64,000 bases of DNA from an uncultured virus (IMG/VR IMGVR_UViG_3300028195_000003) (lineage: Duplodnaviria; Heunggongvirae; Uroviricota; Caudoviricetes). The position numbers and the translations under genes were made by a program. This document shows, piece after piece, positions 45,901 to 55,616 of the stretch (position 1 is its first letter; each line of letters starts with the position of its first letter). A model generated the notes under the pieces. The model was not told where the DNA came from, did not search any database, and saw only the letters and a program-made list of their open reading frames with translations. The DNA is taken from IMG/VR virus record IMGVR_UViG_3300028195_000003. One strand, given 5' to 3'.

Positions 45901-46362
45901 TCGAGCTTCCCCATCTACGGCTACATCGGCATGATGGGGGTACCCAATGGCGACAACGTCATCGCCTCGACCGCTCACAGGATTGGAGAGCTCGAGGGGC
46001 CCATCCCCTCGGCGTTCGATTGGAGCCGTGTCCTCGGATGGTACCGCTCCTTGCCCGGGATGATCCGACACCACGTCGATAGACGCCTCGACAAGAACCA
46101 ACGAACCGACCCATCCATGACCGACATAGCGCTGCTATGGATCGGATCCACGCCCGTGGACGCCATCATCGGCTACCCTGGCTGCACCTTCCAGATCGGG
46201 TTGTGGATCAACTCGACACCGGCTCTGTCCATCATCCCGGCCGACATCGGAAGACGCGCATCCGGCTGGTTCGTCGTATACCCTGCCGCCCACGTCTGCG
46301 GAGTCCACGTCACCCCGGATGATATGAACAGCACGACCAGCATGAGCGAGATCCAGCTGTGA
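42997..46362 (+). CDS. Large PcfJ-domain-like protein with ~26-aa helical repeats
   Basis: WDNGMTL...LKNETDVMGHCIG...YSLR; repeats TRxxAxxxPxxAlxYAxxVDxxP. Confidence 0.8.
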   Translation: MSSTGTNIASILALIPDKRARDSTVKQLKGRLKLTEKKSGGRIAGIRKQYGDRTAALIENLLKAQGISLERDTWILPLMVWLGRTANLNIELPLSTWPSLEAVARWSSATGQTLVTEDLQHVAPTASRWSETIDREIPTALAIQGQDFADPEIRQRYEGAIAWMEARITRGDTAPWPSPVIVQRMLNTNKENMPGMSQESFNDISPASVFEDTKQGGRGTRPHEEWLKRLTKFKQDGWRPSSDGIVHRWDNGMTLEALIRPESLKNETDVMGHCIGQSSYLAGHLANIQRGKMGYYSLRHPSGYSLCTFEIELDSEGGWKSHRQSKGPKNFAVHPTWVNYAVQTLQRCLRPDLPEGYDAIAITKSIHEDDPLFTTMVLTSPQLSLEWAKLHGADDVTRQSASREPKSALDYAMRVDKSPHTVTRHGASTDPQTALKYAKDVDNGPHEQTRQGASVAGGTALTYAVQIDREPTAQTLAGVINDPYYLKRYIENFPDIDLGDQRAEAIAKGPKSAFMWARSVEGKPSDETRDKASEDPVWALRYALSVDKCWHPVTAHGVLPDPNMAVLYAMELHDEDFDEEWFDRLFGSARMTAPTLTLWILTLERPRKVYQLNDILGISELPLPDKDIYTGYQGYEIFHSATRIEDTVESRNSSIMNRTFSAVHHCWKSPAACALYVLAANAPVDAPWMGQTITTLSKKIASRNERGFGENVRLILSRRHRLGGENIPSNVSVPLALAFPLIAPDIIRALGNSARESVTSANRRELIAQGPKSAIAVARYIDDEPKRDTFEAVASDSSAMTSYLRAFSINPLTIPVFIRRKIAGMGHGISSMERLLARQSYPVDSSLSQYSGDNYYTSTPRIVARTTAERCLEVSRQALTFVPGNKTNTRLLDGVQRLLQVKGRYGNNEEDFCGLHGQEDLELVRELVRRGHRHLAWMDHEGSSDTYRWSHPHGERPRSLPSSMALLPSSFPIYGYIGMMGVPNGDNVIASTAHRIGELEGPIPSAFDWSRVLGWYRSLPGMIRHHVDRRLDKNQRTDPSMTDIALLWIGSTPVDAIIGYPGCTFQIGLWINSTPALSIIPADIGRRASGWFVVYPAAHVCGVHVTPDDMNSTTSMSEIQL

Positions 46363-49300
46363 CGACCACCGACTACCCCCTGACAGAAGCACTGGCACCA
46401 TGGTCCTCCATGAGCCCGAACCAGGCCTCCAGAGCGACCCGTATCGATCCAGAGTTGATCGGAGACGTCCGCGACGAGGTCGCTTGGTCCCTGGCAGTCC
46501 AGGGGCTACGCCATCGCTCCACGCTGACCGAACGCTTCGCTATCTCCATCGAGTGGGCGATCTCGAGGATCATCATCGAGCGGCGCCGAGAAGGCTCCCT
46601 CATCATCATCCCACGGCTGCCCTACCTGCCGCTCCTCCAATCCGTCTCCCCGCAGATGACCATGACTACCCCGTCGTGGGAGGCTTGCCGCCTGCTGGCA
46701 GCGACAAACCCAGAAGGGGACCACAAGGCCTCTCTCGAATCGGTATCCTCCGGTGAGTCCATCGAGACCATGGTGTGGAGAACCGGCTACATCATGAACG
46801 AAGAGCAGCTCACCAAGCCGTTGGCCACACCGTCGATGAGCCTCGAACAGATCGTGGAGATCTGCCCCGTCGGAAAAGGGATCGGAGCCGATGGATACTA
46901 CGATGACGTCACCCTGATCGCTGCCAGGGTCCTCTCAGGCGGCTGGATATGCATAGCCCTCAAGGCGACAGGAACGGACCCCCCGAGCCCTGCCGGAAAC
47001 CTCATCAGATCCGCCACGATCGGCCCTGACATGACCGGACCCGAGTCCATGTACGCGCAAGCCCTTGACCAACAGGGCACACAGACGGTCATCGAGAGGA
47101 TGGGCAAAGGCAGAGCATGGGAAAGAAACAAGTACACCATCCTGCTGCTCGACCCGCTCTGGGTCCCCGCTGCGGCGGCGTCTGCCGTACCGAACAATCG
47201 TGGGCAGATCCCGAACATGAGATTCACGACCATCGACGATGGTTGTGTCCACCCCTCCTGCTGGCACCTGCTCGGACCCTCTGTCAAGGCGGCGATCAGT
47301 GGCAGGTCCGGAGATCACCCACGAAACGAAGCCTCAGCCAGCGCCTGGTGTCCGTCCTTCTACCCAGACTACAGAGAGACCGTCGGACCAAGCCAGAGAA
47401 TCGCACTGAGCTCCGCAATACTGTACGGTCCAGACGACATTACCCGCGCCATCGCCTGCTCCGGACACTCCGATAGTGTAGCGCTCCAGTACGCCATCGA
47501 GGTCGACAAGGGCCCCAACAAAACCACGATCGATGGAACCCAGTACAGCTACCACATCCTCGAGTACGCCAACAAGGTCCCTGGAGCCAAGGACACGCAG
47601 CCCTACCGCAAAATGCTCCTCGAGAAACTGATAAAGTCTGCTCACCGCCCCAAGGGCGCCGCCGAAGAGATCCTGAGATGGGCCGAGAAAGTCGACGAGG
47701 GGCCCAAGGACGACACCAGGACCATGATGGCCTCTATCGGTCTACAGGACGTGCGATCCGCCGGATGTCTGATCTACGCCTTCACGGTTGACAATGGGAT
47801 GATGCCAGAGACCGACAAGGCTTGTCTCGAGGACCCCTACACGGCATACCTCCGTGACCGATACATCCTGGGCAACCCCACGGACGAGGGTCGGGCTTCA
47901 GCCAGCAAGAACACGACCTGCGCTCTCGTCTATGCCATGCATGTCGACGAAGCTCCGTCGAGCATCACGCTCAGCGGTGTGCTCGATGGAGATCAAGAGG
48001 TCCCCGCATCCCATCGACTCCTGCGGCGCACACATCGTGAAAACCTGTGTCTTCCGGAAGGCTGGGAGATGCTCCCGACCGGAGACTACTACTCCTCCAC
48101 GTACGACAGGAGGGGGGAAGACCTCGTAGGATACGCCTTCGATGTGGTCGGAGCCCGTAACGAGCTCATCGAGCAGATGCTCGGAACCGCACAGTGGCCA
48201 TCCCCCCTCTGCCGCTACCTACTCCGCTGGCCAAAGAGCATTGACCACGGGGTGCTGATGGCTCTGGCCACACCCAACGGGTTCATCACAGCGACCAAAG
48301 AGTCCGCCTCCGCCGAGTCGGATCTGTACGGCTACCATCTCGCCAAGATGATCCTCGGAACCAGGACCAGGCGCCGAAACATCATCGAGCAAGACACGAC
48401 CGGAGAAGCGATCCTCGAGATCGCAACCAGCTTCGACGAAGGCAAGAGGAAAGACACCTTCCAGCGCTTCATGGATCTGGCAAAGCGTGGGATGATGGTT
48501 GGATACAGCCAATACTCCAACTATCTCAAGCACTACTACGACAGATTCGTCAGCCCAGCACTCCCCCCAAAGAATCTCCGCTACGGGTTCGCCCAGTCCC
48601 GGGTGTTTTTGGACACCGGCTGGTCGAGAAAGCACTACTATCGTGGAAGCTGGGGGAGCCCGGCTCGAGACTACGACGAGATCTTCGAGAAGAAACGCTC
48701 ACAGATGGCCACGGCCCTGGAGATGGCCGCGTCCGACCTCCACAGAAGAAGGCTCCACAGGGCCTCATCGCTCATCTCCGAGCTCGCAAAACGGGCCTGG
48801 GCCAGCGATCACTATGGACTGAGCAACGCCATCGACGTGGCCATGGAGAATCAGGAAGCCTCCAGCTACCTGGAGAGGACCGGCATCGACAGGGCACTGT
48901 GGTGGCGCACACTGCCAGGCGAGATGTTCACCTACACGGACGAGCCCCACAGGAGACGACCGCTCGTCTCGACCATGAGCGAGACGAAGCTTCCCCCTTC
49001 CGTCTTCGTTCCCGTTCTCGGAGACCCCCCTGCTGGGCGGTGGAACGGGGTCAACGTCGGCATCGAGTCCCCGTTCACCGGAGGGGCCCCTCCGAGAGAC
49101 GACCACAGGAAGAGCACCTTGCTCCGAATCTGTGGACTCGACGAAGACACGGTCGTCCCCATCGAGGATCGGCTGCTACGCTGGCTGTCGTCCCTGGACA
49201 ACCGGGACCACTCCTACGTCCGCAGGCGACTCGAGCTCGGTGGACCCAGGAGTGACTGGAGCGAACAGCAGGTGCTCAGTCACATGACGGTCATCTGGGG

Positions 49301-49493
49301 AGGTGCGACCGTGCTGGACGCCACCCTGTGGAGCCCGTCCCCCTTCGTGTTCCAGATCGATCCGGACGAGACCCCGCTGATGCACGCCTTCAGGTACTCT
49401 CCACGGGACGACATCGCTGGATGGATGATGGTGCTCCCAGCCCGGACCTGCCAGATCAGCACCTGGGCCCGCTCCGAGATCCTCTACAAGTAG
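46359..49493 (+). CDS. Large hypothetical protein with the same YAxxVDxxP repeats
   Basis: 1044 aa, GTGA coupling; ALQYAIEVDKGP, RWAEKVDEGP, ALVYAMHVDEAP. Confidence 0.8.
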   Translation: MTTTDYPLTEALAPWSSMSPNQASRATRIDPELIGDVRDEVAWSLAVQGLRHRSTLTERFAISIEWAISRIIIERRREGSLIIIPRLPYLPLLQSVSPQMTMTTPSWEACRLLAATNPEGDHKASLESVSSGESIETMVWRTGYIMNEEQLTKPLATPSMSLEQIVEICPVGKGIGADGYYDDVTLIAARVLSGGWICIALKATGTDPPSPAGNLIRSATIGPDMTGPESMYAQALDQQGTQTVIERMGKGRAWERNKYTILLLDPLWVPAAAASAVPNNRGQIPNMRFTTIDDGCVHPSCWHLLGPSVKAAISGRSGDHPRNEASASAWCPSFYPDYRETVGPSQRIALSSAILYGPDDITRAIACSGHSDSVALQYAIEVDKGPNKTTIDGTQYSYHILEYANKVPGAKDTQPYRKMLLEKLIKSAHRPKGAAEEILRWAEKVDEGPKDDTRTMMASIGLQDVRSAGCLIYAFTVDNGMMPETDKACLEDPYTAYLRDRYILGNPTDEGRASASKNTTCALVYAMHVDEAPSSITLSGVLDGDQEVPASHRLLRRTHRENLCLPEGWEMLPTGDYYSSTYDRRGEDLVGYAFDVVGARNELIEQMLGTAQWPSPLCRYLLRWPKSIDHGVLMALATPNGFITATKESASAESDLYGYHLAKMILGTRTRRRNIIEQDTTGEAILEIATSFDEGKRKDTFQRFMDLAKRGMMVGYSQYSNYLKHYYDRFVSPALPPKNLRYGFAQSRVFLDTGWSRKHYYRGSWGSPARDYDEIFEKKRSQMATALEMAASDLHRRRLHRASSLISELAKRAWASDHYGLSNAIDVAMENQEASSYLERTGIDRALWWRTLPGEMFTYTDEPHRRRPLVSTMSETKLPPSVFVPVLGDPPAGRWNGVNVGIESPFTGGAPPRDDHRKSTLLRICGLDEDTVVPIEDRLLRWLSSLDNRDHSYVRRRLELGGPRSDWSEQQVLSHMTVIWGGATVLDATLWSPSPFVFQIDPDETPLMHAFRYSPRDDIAGWMMVLPARTCQISTWARSEILYK

Positions 49494-49514
49494 CCCAATG
49501 ATGGCATGAAGAGG

Positions 49515-49552
49515 GAAACCCTCCCCGGCTCCGACAAGCTGGGGAGGGTTTC
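49515..49552. terminator. Intrinsic terminator-like hairpin between convergent genes
   Basis: GAAACCCTCCCCGGCT / AGCTGGGGAGGGTTTC 16-bp stem. Confidence 0.75.
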
Positions 49553-49646
49553 TGGAGAGGAACGATGAGCGAGCGACGAACTGCCTCGTTCAACCATGAG
49601 GGTACACGGTCACGACACCTCGTGTCAACATAGCGACCACGAAGGG

Positions 49647-50144
49647 TCAGAGGATCGGCTCGAACTCGAACCCGCTCATGCCACCAGTCCTCTCGCTGGA
49701 CGCAGCCAGCAGTCGCCCACCCATCTTCCCGCACTCTCCCCCGAGTTCCAGGATGATGGAGATCTCTCCCATCCCTCCGAACCACAGCTCCGAGAACCGA
49801 ACCGACACCATAATCCCCGAGTCGTTGTCATGAGGGGACCCCTCCAACTTCGCGTTCCTGATTATCTCGACCGGAACCAGGCGCCCACCGAGCTTCAGCT
49901 CGATGACGTTCAGGGCTGTACCAAGGTCGAGTTCTCCTTCGTCCTCATCCACCGGGCCGTTGAGGATGTACTCCTCCACCACCCGGAAGGCCTCGACGAC
50001 CCGCTGGTACTTCTCTCTCGTCCTGCTCGTTCCCGTCATGTCTGGGTGATATCTACGAACGAGGATCCGGAAGCGCCGCTTGGCGGTAGCCATCGACGCG
50101 TCCGGACCGATGCCCAGGGTTCTGAAAGCTCGATCGGGGTCCAT
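49647..50144 (-). CDS. J-domain (DnaJ-like) protein
   Basis: AFRTLGI...AKRRFRILVRRYHPD...YQRVVEAF. Confidence 0.85.
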   Translation of the reverse strand: MDPDRAFRTLGIGPDASMATAKRRFRILVRRYHPDMTGTSRTREKYQRVVEAFRVVEEYILNGPVDEDEGELDLGTALNVIELKLGGRLVPVEIIRNAKLEGSPHDNDSGIMVSVRFSELWFGGMGEISIILELGGECGKMGGRLLAASSERTGGMSGFEFEPIL

Positions 50145-50183
50145 GCCGAGGATGATAGCACGGTACAGCGATCGAGTCAGGCC

Positions 50184-52565
50184 CTACGATTCCGTCTTCT
50201 TCTTGGAGAAGCTCACGGTGTAGTGCTCCATCATCTCGGCCAGCGTGAGACCGCCAGGGCTACGCGCCGGGGCGTCTTCCAAGGCCTGCAGACTGGCCTT
50301 GGCGTCTGCCAGCTCTCCCTTCAGAGAATGGACCTGCTGGAGCAGGGCGACCATCTCCTGTTCCACTCCGCGAACGGACTCGTCCGCCCGTCCCATGAAC
50401 GAGCTCACCGTATCCGACAGATCGTCGACCCGGGAAGCCTGCTCCTCGGCCATACGGCCTACGGTCTGGATGCGGGGCATGAGCTCGTCCGCCACCTGCT
50501 TGGACACCGCGGAGGCATCGAGAGACACAGGAGCGTCTACCGGCTGACCGATCACCTGACGCACCAGGTTCTCGACCGCATCCATACGGGCGTCGAGGCG
50601 AGAGGTGGCCGCTGACACGGCACGCTCGACCACCGAGCGCAGCATGCCCTCGTCAACGAGCGGGGAGAAGGGAAGATCCATGACGGGCTGCGCGACGGGC
50701 TGCGCGACGGGCTGCGCGACGGGCTGCGCGACGGGCTGCGCAACGGGCTGTGAGACGGGCGGCGCCACGGGGAGCTCGGCCTGCCCCGCCTTCTGCGAGG
50801 CCTCACGGCGCTCCTCTTCACGGCTCACGGCCACCAGGCCCCTGGCCTCGATCTCCACAGCATAGGGCTCGTAGATCGCGTGGAAGGTGGTGACGTTGCT
50901 GCGCTTGCCATGAACGTCGTAGTACCCCTGAATCATGCTCCGGATGGAGAAGCGGAACCCATCGGGCAACAGCCTGATCATCGCCAGGTAGTAGTCCCGA
51001 GGCTTGCCCTTGAAGATCGACAAGGCCTTCTTCACGTGACGAGAGGGCGACTTGTCTTCCGAACCGGGCTCCGTGGTGGCCATGATCCAGTTACGGACCT
51101 TCTTGGTGTCGGACGGGTCGATCCTCTGATCGGGCCACGATCCCGAAGCGCGACATCCACTGACCAGCTCAGCACCGGCGATGACGACCCGCTGGTTGCC
51201 TTCCGAGAAGCTCGACAGAGGACGGCCCATGAAGGTCTCGATAGTCAGCTCGGCGCTGGCCTCGTTCATCCGGCGCTCTTCCGCTGCAGCATCCGTGAGG
51301 ATGGAGAAGTGCTCCTCCAGACCACCCTCACCGGACAACCCGGGGAAACCGACAGGGAGGTCATCGACACGAAGCGGGACGAAGAAGGCACCCGGCATGG
51401 AGGGTCGCTCGTCCTTTCCACGAACCCGCTCGGAGAACAGCGAGATGGTCTCACGCTGCTTGTAGTAGTTGATCTTCCGACCCGTCAGCATCTGGCAGGC
51501 ACGATGCACGGTGTTCACCGAGCACTTCGCCCCCTCGGGGAGCACCAGCATGCAGGCTACGAAGAAGGCTTGGGCGTTCGCGTTGATCAGACCCCTCACA
51601 TCCATGACAAGGTCTTCGCTGAGCCATTCCTCGATATCGATCTTCCTTCCACCACGGGTGCTGGTTCCGTCGATCCGGCAAACAGCCGAGGCCAGCTCAC
51701 GTAGATCTCCCAGCTTGTGTTCGGAGACCCAGGCCGAGGCGACCTCGAAGATCGTCGACCGCGTCGCGAGACCGGACCAGGAGCGCTCGAACTCGGTCTT
51801 GGTGGCGTCCTTGGCCGCCGTGAGCATCTCCCGAACACGGTCCACAACCTGCTCACGGGATGGAAGTTCGTCGTGTGCCAGGACCTCGACGAGCTGATCC
51901 GTCAACACCTCGACGGTCACCGTCTCGAGATCCGAGTCAGTGATGCACAGCTCGATCCATCCGTCGAGTTGTTGGCCCTCTACCAGCTGTTTGGGCTGAT
52001 AACGACCCATGGCCTCGCTGACGAGGTCCATCGACGAGCTGAAGACATCGCCCCAAGACTGGGCCGTTACCTCGCTGGGATCAACGTCGATTTCACCGTT
52101 TCTACGCAGCCAGTCGCGGACCTGCTTGAAGTCGAGCATCTGGCCCGTCTCCTCTCCCCCTTTGATCATGGCCACGAGGATGGCGGTCTTGACCTCATCG
52201 GGCTCATCCTGGATCTCGCTGGCGTGAGGAACGCCATTACGTAGAAATCCAGCACTCTCGAGGATCGGTCGAGCCTTGGAGAGCTTGTGGTGGACACGGA
52301 CGAACGGAACACGTTCACTCTTGGCCAGCTTCACTGCCACATTGTCGATCAGATGGTTCGTCAGACTCGACAAGACGACCACGCCTTCGCACTCGGAGGG
52401 AAGGCGATCCGCCGTCATCTTCTTCCACGACCAGTGCTCCACGATCTCCATGCCCATCTCCCGGTAGGGCTGGCGAAACTGACGGTCGACACGTCCAGGC
52501 TCTCCTCCCACGAGGAGAATCTTGAAGGCCTGCTTGCTGTCTTTCTTGTGAGGAACGGCTACCAT
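50184..52565 (-). CDS. Large protein with N-terminal DUF2325-like domain, PVAQ repeats and C-terminal coiled coil
   Basis: ILLVGG...ECEGVVVLSSLTNH...LAKSERVPFVRV; AAGGAG RBS before MVAVPH (52565). Confidence 0.75.
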   Translation of the reverse strand: MVAVPHKKDSKQAFKILLVGGEPGRVDRQFRQPYREMGMEIVEHWSWKKMTADRLPSECEGVVVLSSLTNHLIDNVAVKLAKSERVPFVRVHHKLSKARPILESAGFLRNGVPHASEIQDEPDEVKTAILVAMIKGGEETGQMLDFKQVRDWLRRNGEIDVDPSEVTAQSWGDVFSSSMDLVSEAMGRYQPKQLVEGQQLDGWIELCITDSDLETVTVEVLTDQLVEVLAHDELPSREQVVDRVREMLTAAKDATKTEFERSWSGLATRSTIFEVASAWVSEHKLGDLRELASAVCRIDGTSTRGGRKIDIEEWLSEDLVMDVRGLINANAQAFFVACMLVLPEGAKCSVNTVHRACQMLTGRKINYYKQRETISLFSERVRGKDERPSMPGAFFVPLRVDDLPVGFPGLSGEGGLEEHFSILTDAAAEERRMNEASAELTIETFMGRPLSSFSEGNQRVVIAGAELVSGCRASGSWPDQRIDPSDTKKVRNWIMATTEPGSEDKSPSRHVKKALSIFKGKPRDYYLAMIRLLPDGFRFSIRSMIQGYYDVHGKRSNVTTFHAIYEPYAVEIEARGLVAVSREEERREASQKAGQAELPVAPPVSQPVAQPVAQPVAQPVAQPVAQPVMDLPFSPLVDEGMLRSVVERAVSAATSRLDARMDAVENLVRQVIGQPVDAPVSLDASAVSKQVADELMPRIQTVGRMAEEQASRVDDLSDTVSSFMGRADESVRGVEQEMVALLQQVHSLKGELADAKASLQALEDAPARSPGGLTLAEMMEHYTVSFSKKKTES
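50682..50760. repeat. 12-bp coding tandem repeat (GACGGGCTGCGC) x5 plus degenerate copies, encodes PVAQ
   Basis: Read directly from the sequence. Confidence 0.95.
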
Positions 52566-52590
52566 GTCGTCTCCTTGGGTTGTACTCGAG

Positions 52591-52619
52591 AACATAACGC
52601 CTGCCACCACCAGTGGCAA
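52591..52619 (-). promoter_or_regulatory. sigma70-like promoter with YAC-N5-GTR operator
   Basis: TTGCCA-17-TATGTT containing TGCCAC-N5-GTGGCA. Confidence 0.7.
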
Positions 52620-52640
52620 GCACTATCACACAAACGGCGA

Positions 52641-52670
52641 GCCCCCCTCCCGCTTTGGCGGGAGGGGGGC
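52641..52670 (-). terminator. GC-rich hairpin, probable terminator
   Basis: GCCCCCCTCCCGC / GCGGGAGGGGGGC 13-bp stem downstream of 52702..53631. Confidence 0.7.
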
Positions 52671-52701
52671 GTTGTTCGAACGGACGAAGAGTGATCACTG
52701 C

Positions 52702-53631
52702 CTAGAAGGGCACCCCGTCACCCTTGGGGGTGCCGTCGTCGTCGGCCGGGGTCTCGGTGACCGGCTCGGCCTTCTTGCCGCGGTTGCGCAGGGCGCTCAG
52801 GGCCTCGGAGTCCCAGGCGTTGACCCACTCTTCAGCCTCCTGGTGGACGCCCTGGTAGGCCATGAAGCGCTCGTGACCCACGTAGGCACCCTTGAGGTAG
52901 GTGGCGTCGACGGTCTTGGGCTCATCCAGCCACACAGGGAGGGTCACCGGGCTCTTCTGCTTGGTGCCGACCTCGTCGTACATGGGCGTGCCGTCGGCCT
53001 TGCGCTTGGGGCCCACCTTGAGCTCGAAGGCGCACAGGGGGTAGCTGGCGCCCTTGCCGCTCTTCTTGGCCAGGCGGTTGGCCGCGGTCAGCACCTTGCC
53101 GGAGAAGGCGGGGATGATGCCACGGTCACGGCCCTGGCCAGCCGCCGCGAGGGCGCGGGCGGTGTAGCCGGACACGGCCAGCATCAGAGCTTCCTTCATG
53201 CCGTTGATGCAGACGAGGATGTGGGTGTTGCCGCGAGCGGTGCCGGCCGCCTGGGCGTCCTCGAACTCGTCGTAGCCGTAGCGCTGGCGCAGACCGCCCT
53301 CCGCCGGCTCGACCTGCCAGGACTTGCGGGTGCGGACGACCGCCAGGTTGACGTCGCGGGCGGCGAAGCCCTCGATCTCGGTGCCGTCCTGGGTGATCAT
53401 GGTGTAGGGCTCGAAGCCCGGGATCTCGACGCCCTGCTCGGCGCTGCAGAAGAAGCCGCCGGTGTGACCGATGCCGCCAGCCTTCTTGTTGGTGGCCTTG
53501 CCATTGACCCACTGCAGGACCGGGTAGACGGAACCGAAGGCGCGGTCTTCGACCAGAACCTCGGCGTCGAGGAAGTCGAGGCCATCGTCGATGCGCTCGG
53601 GCACGGTCTCGATGTTGGTGTCGTCGCTCAT
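52702..53631 (-). CDS. Putative ssDNA-binding/recombination protein with SSB-like acidic C-tail
   Basis: Ends ADDDGTPKGDGVPF; strongly C/G-biased third positions; GGAG RBS before MSDDTN. Confidence 0.55.
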   Translation of the reverse strand: MSDDTNIETVPERIDDGLDFLDAEVLVEDRAFGSVYPVLQWVNGKATNKKAGGIGHTGGFFCSAEQGVEIPGFEPYTMITQDGTEIEGFAARDVNLAVVRTRKSWQVEPAEGGLRQRYGYDEFEDAQAAGTARGNTHILVCINGMKEALMLAVSGYTARALAAAGQGRDRGIIPAFSGKVLTAANRLAKKSGKGASYPLCAFELKVGPKRKADGTPMYDEVGTKQKSPVTLPVWLDEPKTVDATYLKGAYVGHERFMAYQGVHQEAEEWVNAWDSEALSALRNRGKKAEPVTETPADDDGTPKGDGVPF

Positions 53632-53740
53632 GTTGGTTTCTCCGTTGGGAGTTGGGGAAAAGGGGCGGTTGCCCCCAGGGGGTGCCGGGTGTGAGCCCAG
53701 CGGGTTTTTCCAGGACGACGCCCTGGAAAGGGGTAAAAAG

Positions 53741-54544
53741 CTATTTGTCCTCGGGCAGCTGCCTGTACGAGCGGTCGCACCACTCCAGCAGGCCACGAAG
53801 GAAGGAGACGGGCACAAGCTCTCGAATCTGGTTCCAGTCCAGCTCCTCGGCCATCTCGGATGGGTATCCGATCAGGGAGACGATCTCGGGGACCGTGATC
53901 AGGACGAAGCCGAGAGAGCTGTCCTGAGAGTGACAGAGCATGCCAGATACCTGCAGGACGCCGCCATCGGCCTCGACAGGGAAGCTCGCCACCGAACGCG
54001 GAAGGGCGAAGGCGAAGCCGGGCAGGATGGGCAGCGGACGCTTGCCCTCCATGGCCAGCTTCAGATCTCTGGAGATCGCTGGATCCCTGTGATCAACGGG
54101 GATTCCCATCCCACGGTAAGCAGCCTCGTCCCACAGCACCACCTGACCCGACACGTCCAGCGGAGCGGCAGGACCATGGGTCCTGCGAGGTGGCGTCAAA
54201 GACTGGACCGAGTGGCAAGAGACCCTGCACGACCCGATGACCAGCGACCCGAACCCCTCGGCGTCCAGCGGGACATTCCACCGTCTGGCGAGCTTGGACC
54301 GCCCCATCGGGGAAGGCCCACTGTCCGAAGATCCATCCAGGACCTCGAGCAAGATCCTGGCACCACACGAGGACGCCGCCTCGTGTGGAGAGCGGGAAGA
54401 GAGGGGACCACAGACCACGACATCGGCCGGGTGCAGATCTCCATCTCGCTCGATGACGCTCACCTTGACATCGCGAACGCCGGACGCCGCGATGGACCAG
54501 CCGAGCCCGGAAGACCCGAAACCCTCAATCAGGACGTGTACCAT
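53741..54544 (-). CDS. Hypothetical protein
   Basis: TAATG coupling to the upstream gene at MVHVLIEG. Confidence 0.6.
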   Translation of the reverse strand: MVHVLIEGFGSSGLGWSIAASGVRDVKVSVIERDGDLHPADVVVCGPLSSRSPHEAASSCGARILLEVLDGSSDSGPSPMGRSKLARRWNVPLDAEGFGSLVIGSCRVSCHSVQSLTPPRRTHGPAAPLDVSGQVVLWDEAAYRGMGIPVDHRDPAISRDLKLAMEGKRPLPILPGFAFALPRSVASFPVEADGGVLQVSGMLCHSQDSSLGFVLITVPEIVSLIGYPSEMAEELDWNQIRELVPVSFLRGLLEWCDRSYRQLPEDK

Positions 54545-55518
54545 TACAGACTCCCCGTGGGGATGAAGGGTGGAGACGGAACGCCGGCTTTCGAGACATA
54601 CCAGTTGCGGGCAACGCCATGCTTTTTTGCGTCGAGCAGGTCGTACAGCCCGAAGGAGTCGGTAGCTCCGATAGACGCCAACCAAGCGTCGAACGCCCTG
54701 TGGTTGGCTCCACCCCACACGCCGGTTGGAACCTCGGCACGAGACCATGCCCAGAAGGAGAGGTTCCCGTCATAGTGAGGGAAGGCGACCATGATCTCGG
54801 GAGCAGCCAGGGACTTCCAGCGAGCGGGCATCTTGGCCACGTCGATCGATCCTCCGGATCCCTTCTTGGACAGCTCATCGAACATGGCCTCGGCCACAGA
54901 CGCCAACCCGTCTACGCTGAAGTCCTTGACCGCAGGACAAGCCGCCGCCAGACGATCGATGCGCCGCTCCCAGCTTGGGCGATGGAACGCTTCCCCCACG
55001 CCGATAGCCTGCATCTCACCCCTGATGACCAAAGAGGAGCACAGCTCCACCAGTGAGTCGGCCTCGTCGCCGATGAGAGACGGGTAGCCAAGGGCGCCCA
55101 TGACGGAACGCTTGCAGTCGAGCTGATAGGAATCAAGCGCAGCCCGGACGCCCCGCGGAACCATGGCCACCAGCGAACCGCCGAAGATCTTGCCCACGTC
55201 ATGCATCGCGCCCCACATCCCCATGGCGTCGGAGATGGCGGGACAGCCCATGTGATCCGACCAGGCCGTTCCTGTCGAGAGTCGCTTGGCGAGCTCCCCG
55301 ACGTAGACAGAGTGATCCAGGACGCTGCAGCGGGAGGCGCGCAGAGACTCACCGACGTGGGCCCCGTATCGATCGATGCGCCGCATGCAGGAGGACAGCA
55401 CGTCCAGCGAGCACGGCGTGATGATCATCGACTCGTAGTCGATCATCGCATCGAGGCCCGGAACGAGCCGCCGTGATACGCCACCCTGAGAGGGGAATGT
55501 GATTTCCTGCTGTGACAT
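54544..55518 (-). CDS. Divergent HD-domain (YfbR-like nucleotidase) protein
   Basis: RIDRYGAH...SVLDHSVYV...GAMHDVG pattern. Confidence 0.6.
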   Translation of the reverse strand: MSQQEITFPSQGGVSRRLVPGLDAMIDYESMIITPCSLDVLSSCMRRIDRYGAHVGESLRASRCSVLDHSVYVGELAKRLSTGTAWSDHMGCPAISDAMGMWGAMHDVGKIFGGSLVAMVPRGVRAALDSYQLDCKRSVMGALGYPSLIGDEADSLVELCSSLVIRGEMQAIGVGEAFHRPSWERRIDRLAAACPAVKDFSVDGLASVAEAMFDELSKKGSGGSIDVAKMPARWKSLAAPEIMVAFPHYDGNLSFWAWSRAEVPTGVWGGANHRAFDAWLASIGATDSFGLYDLLDAKKHGVARNWYVSKAGVPSPPFIPTGSL

Positions 55519-55616
55519 GACTTCCTCACCGTGCATTGGCAGACTATCATCGTCAGAGTTGACGTCAAGCCCAAAAGTGATAAGACGTATAACGAGCCAG
55601 ACGAGAGGCGATAATC

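Noticed and set aside
50682..50760. Regulatory or iteron repeat
   Set aside because: It is an in-frame 12-bp repeat encoding a PVAQ linker inside a CDS.
53646..53740. Riboswitch-like leader upstream of the SSB-like gene
   Set aside because: Only a short hairpin (TTTCCAGG/CCTGGAAA) is evident and no family motif could be supported.
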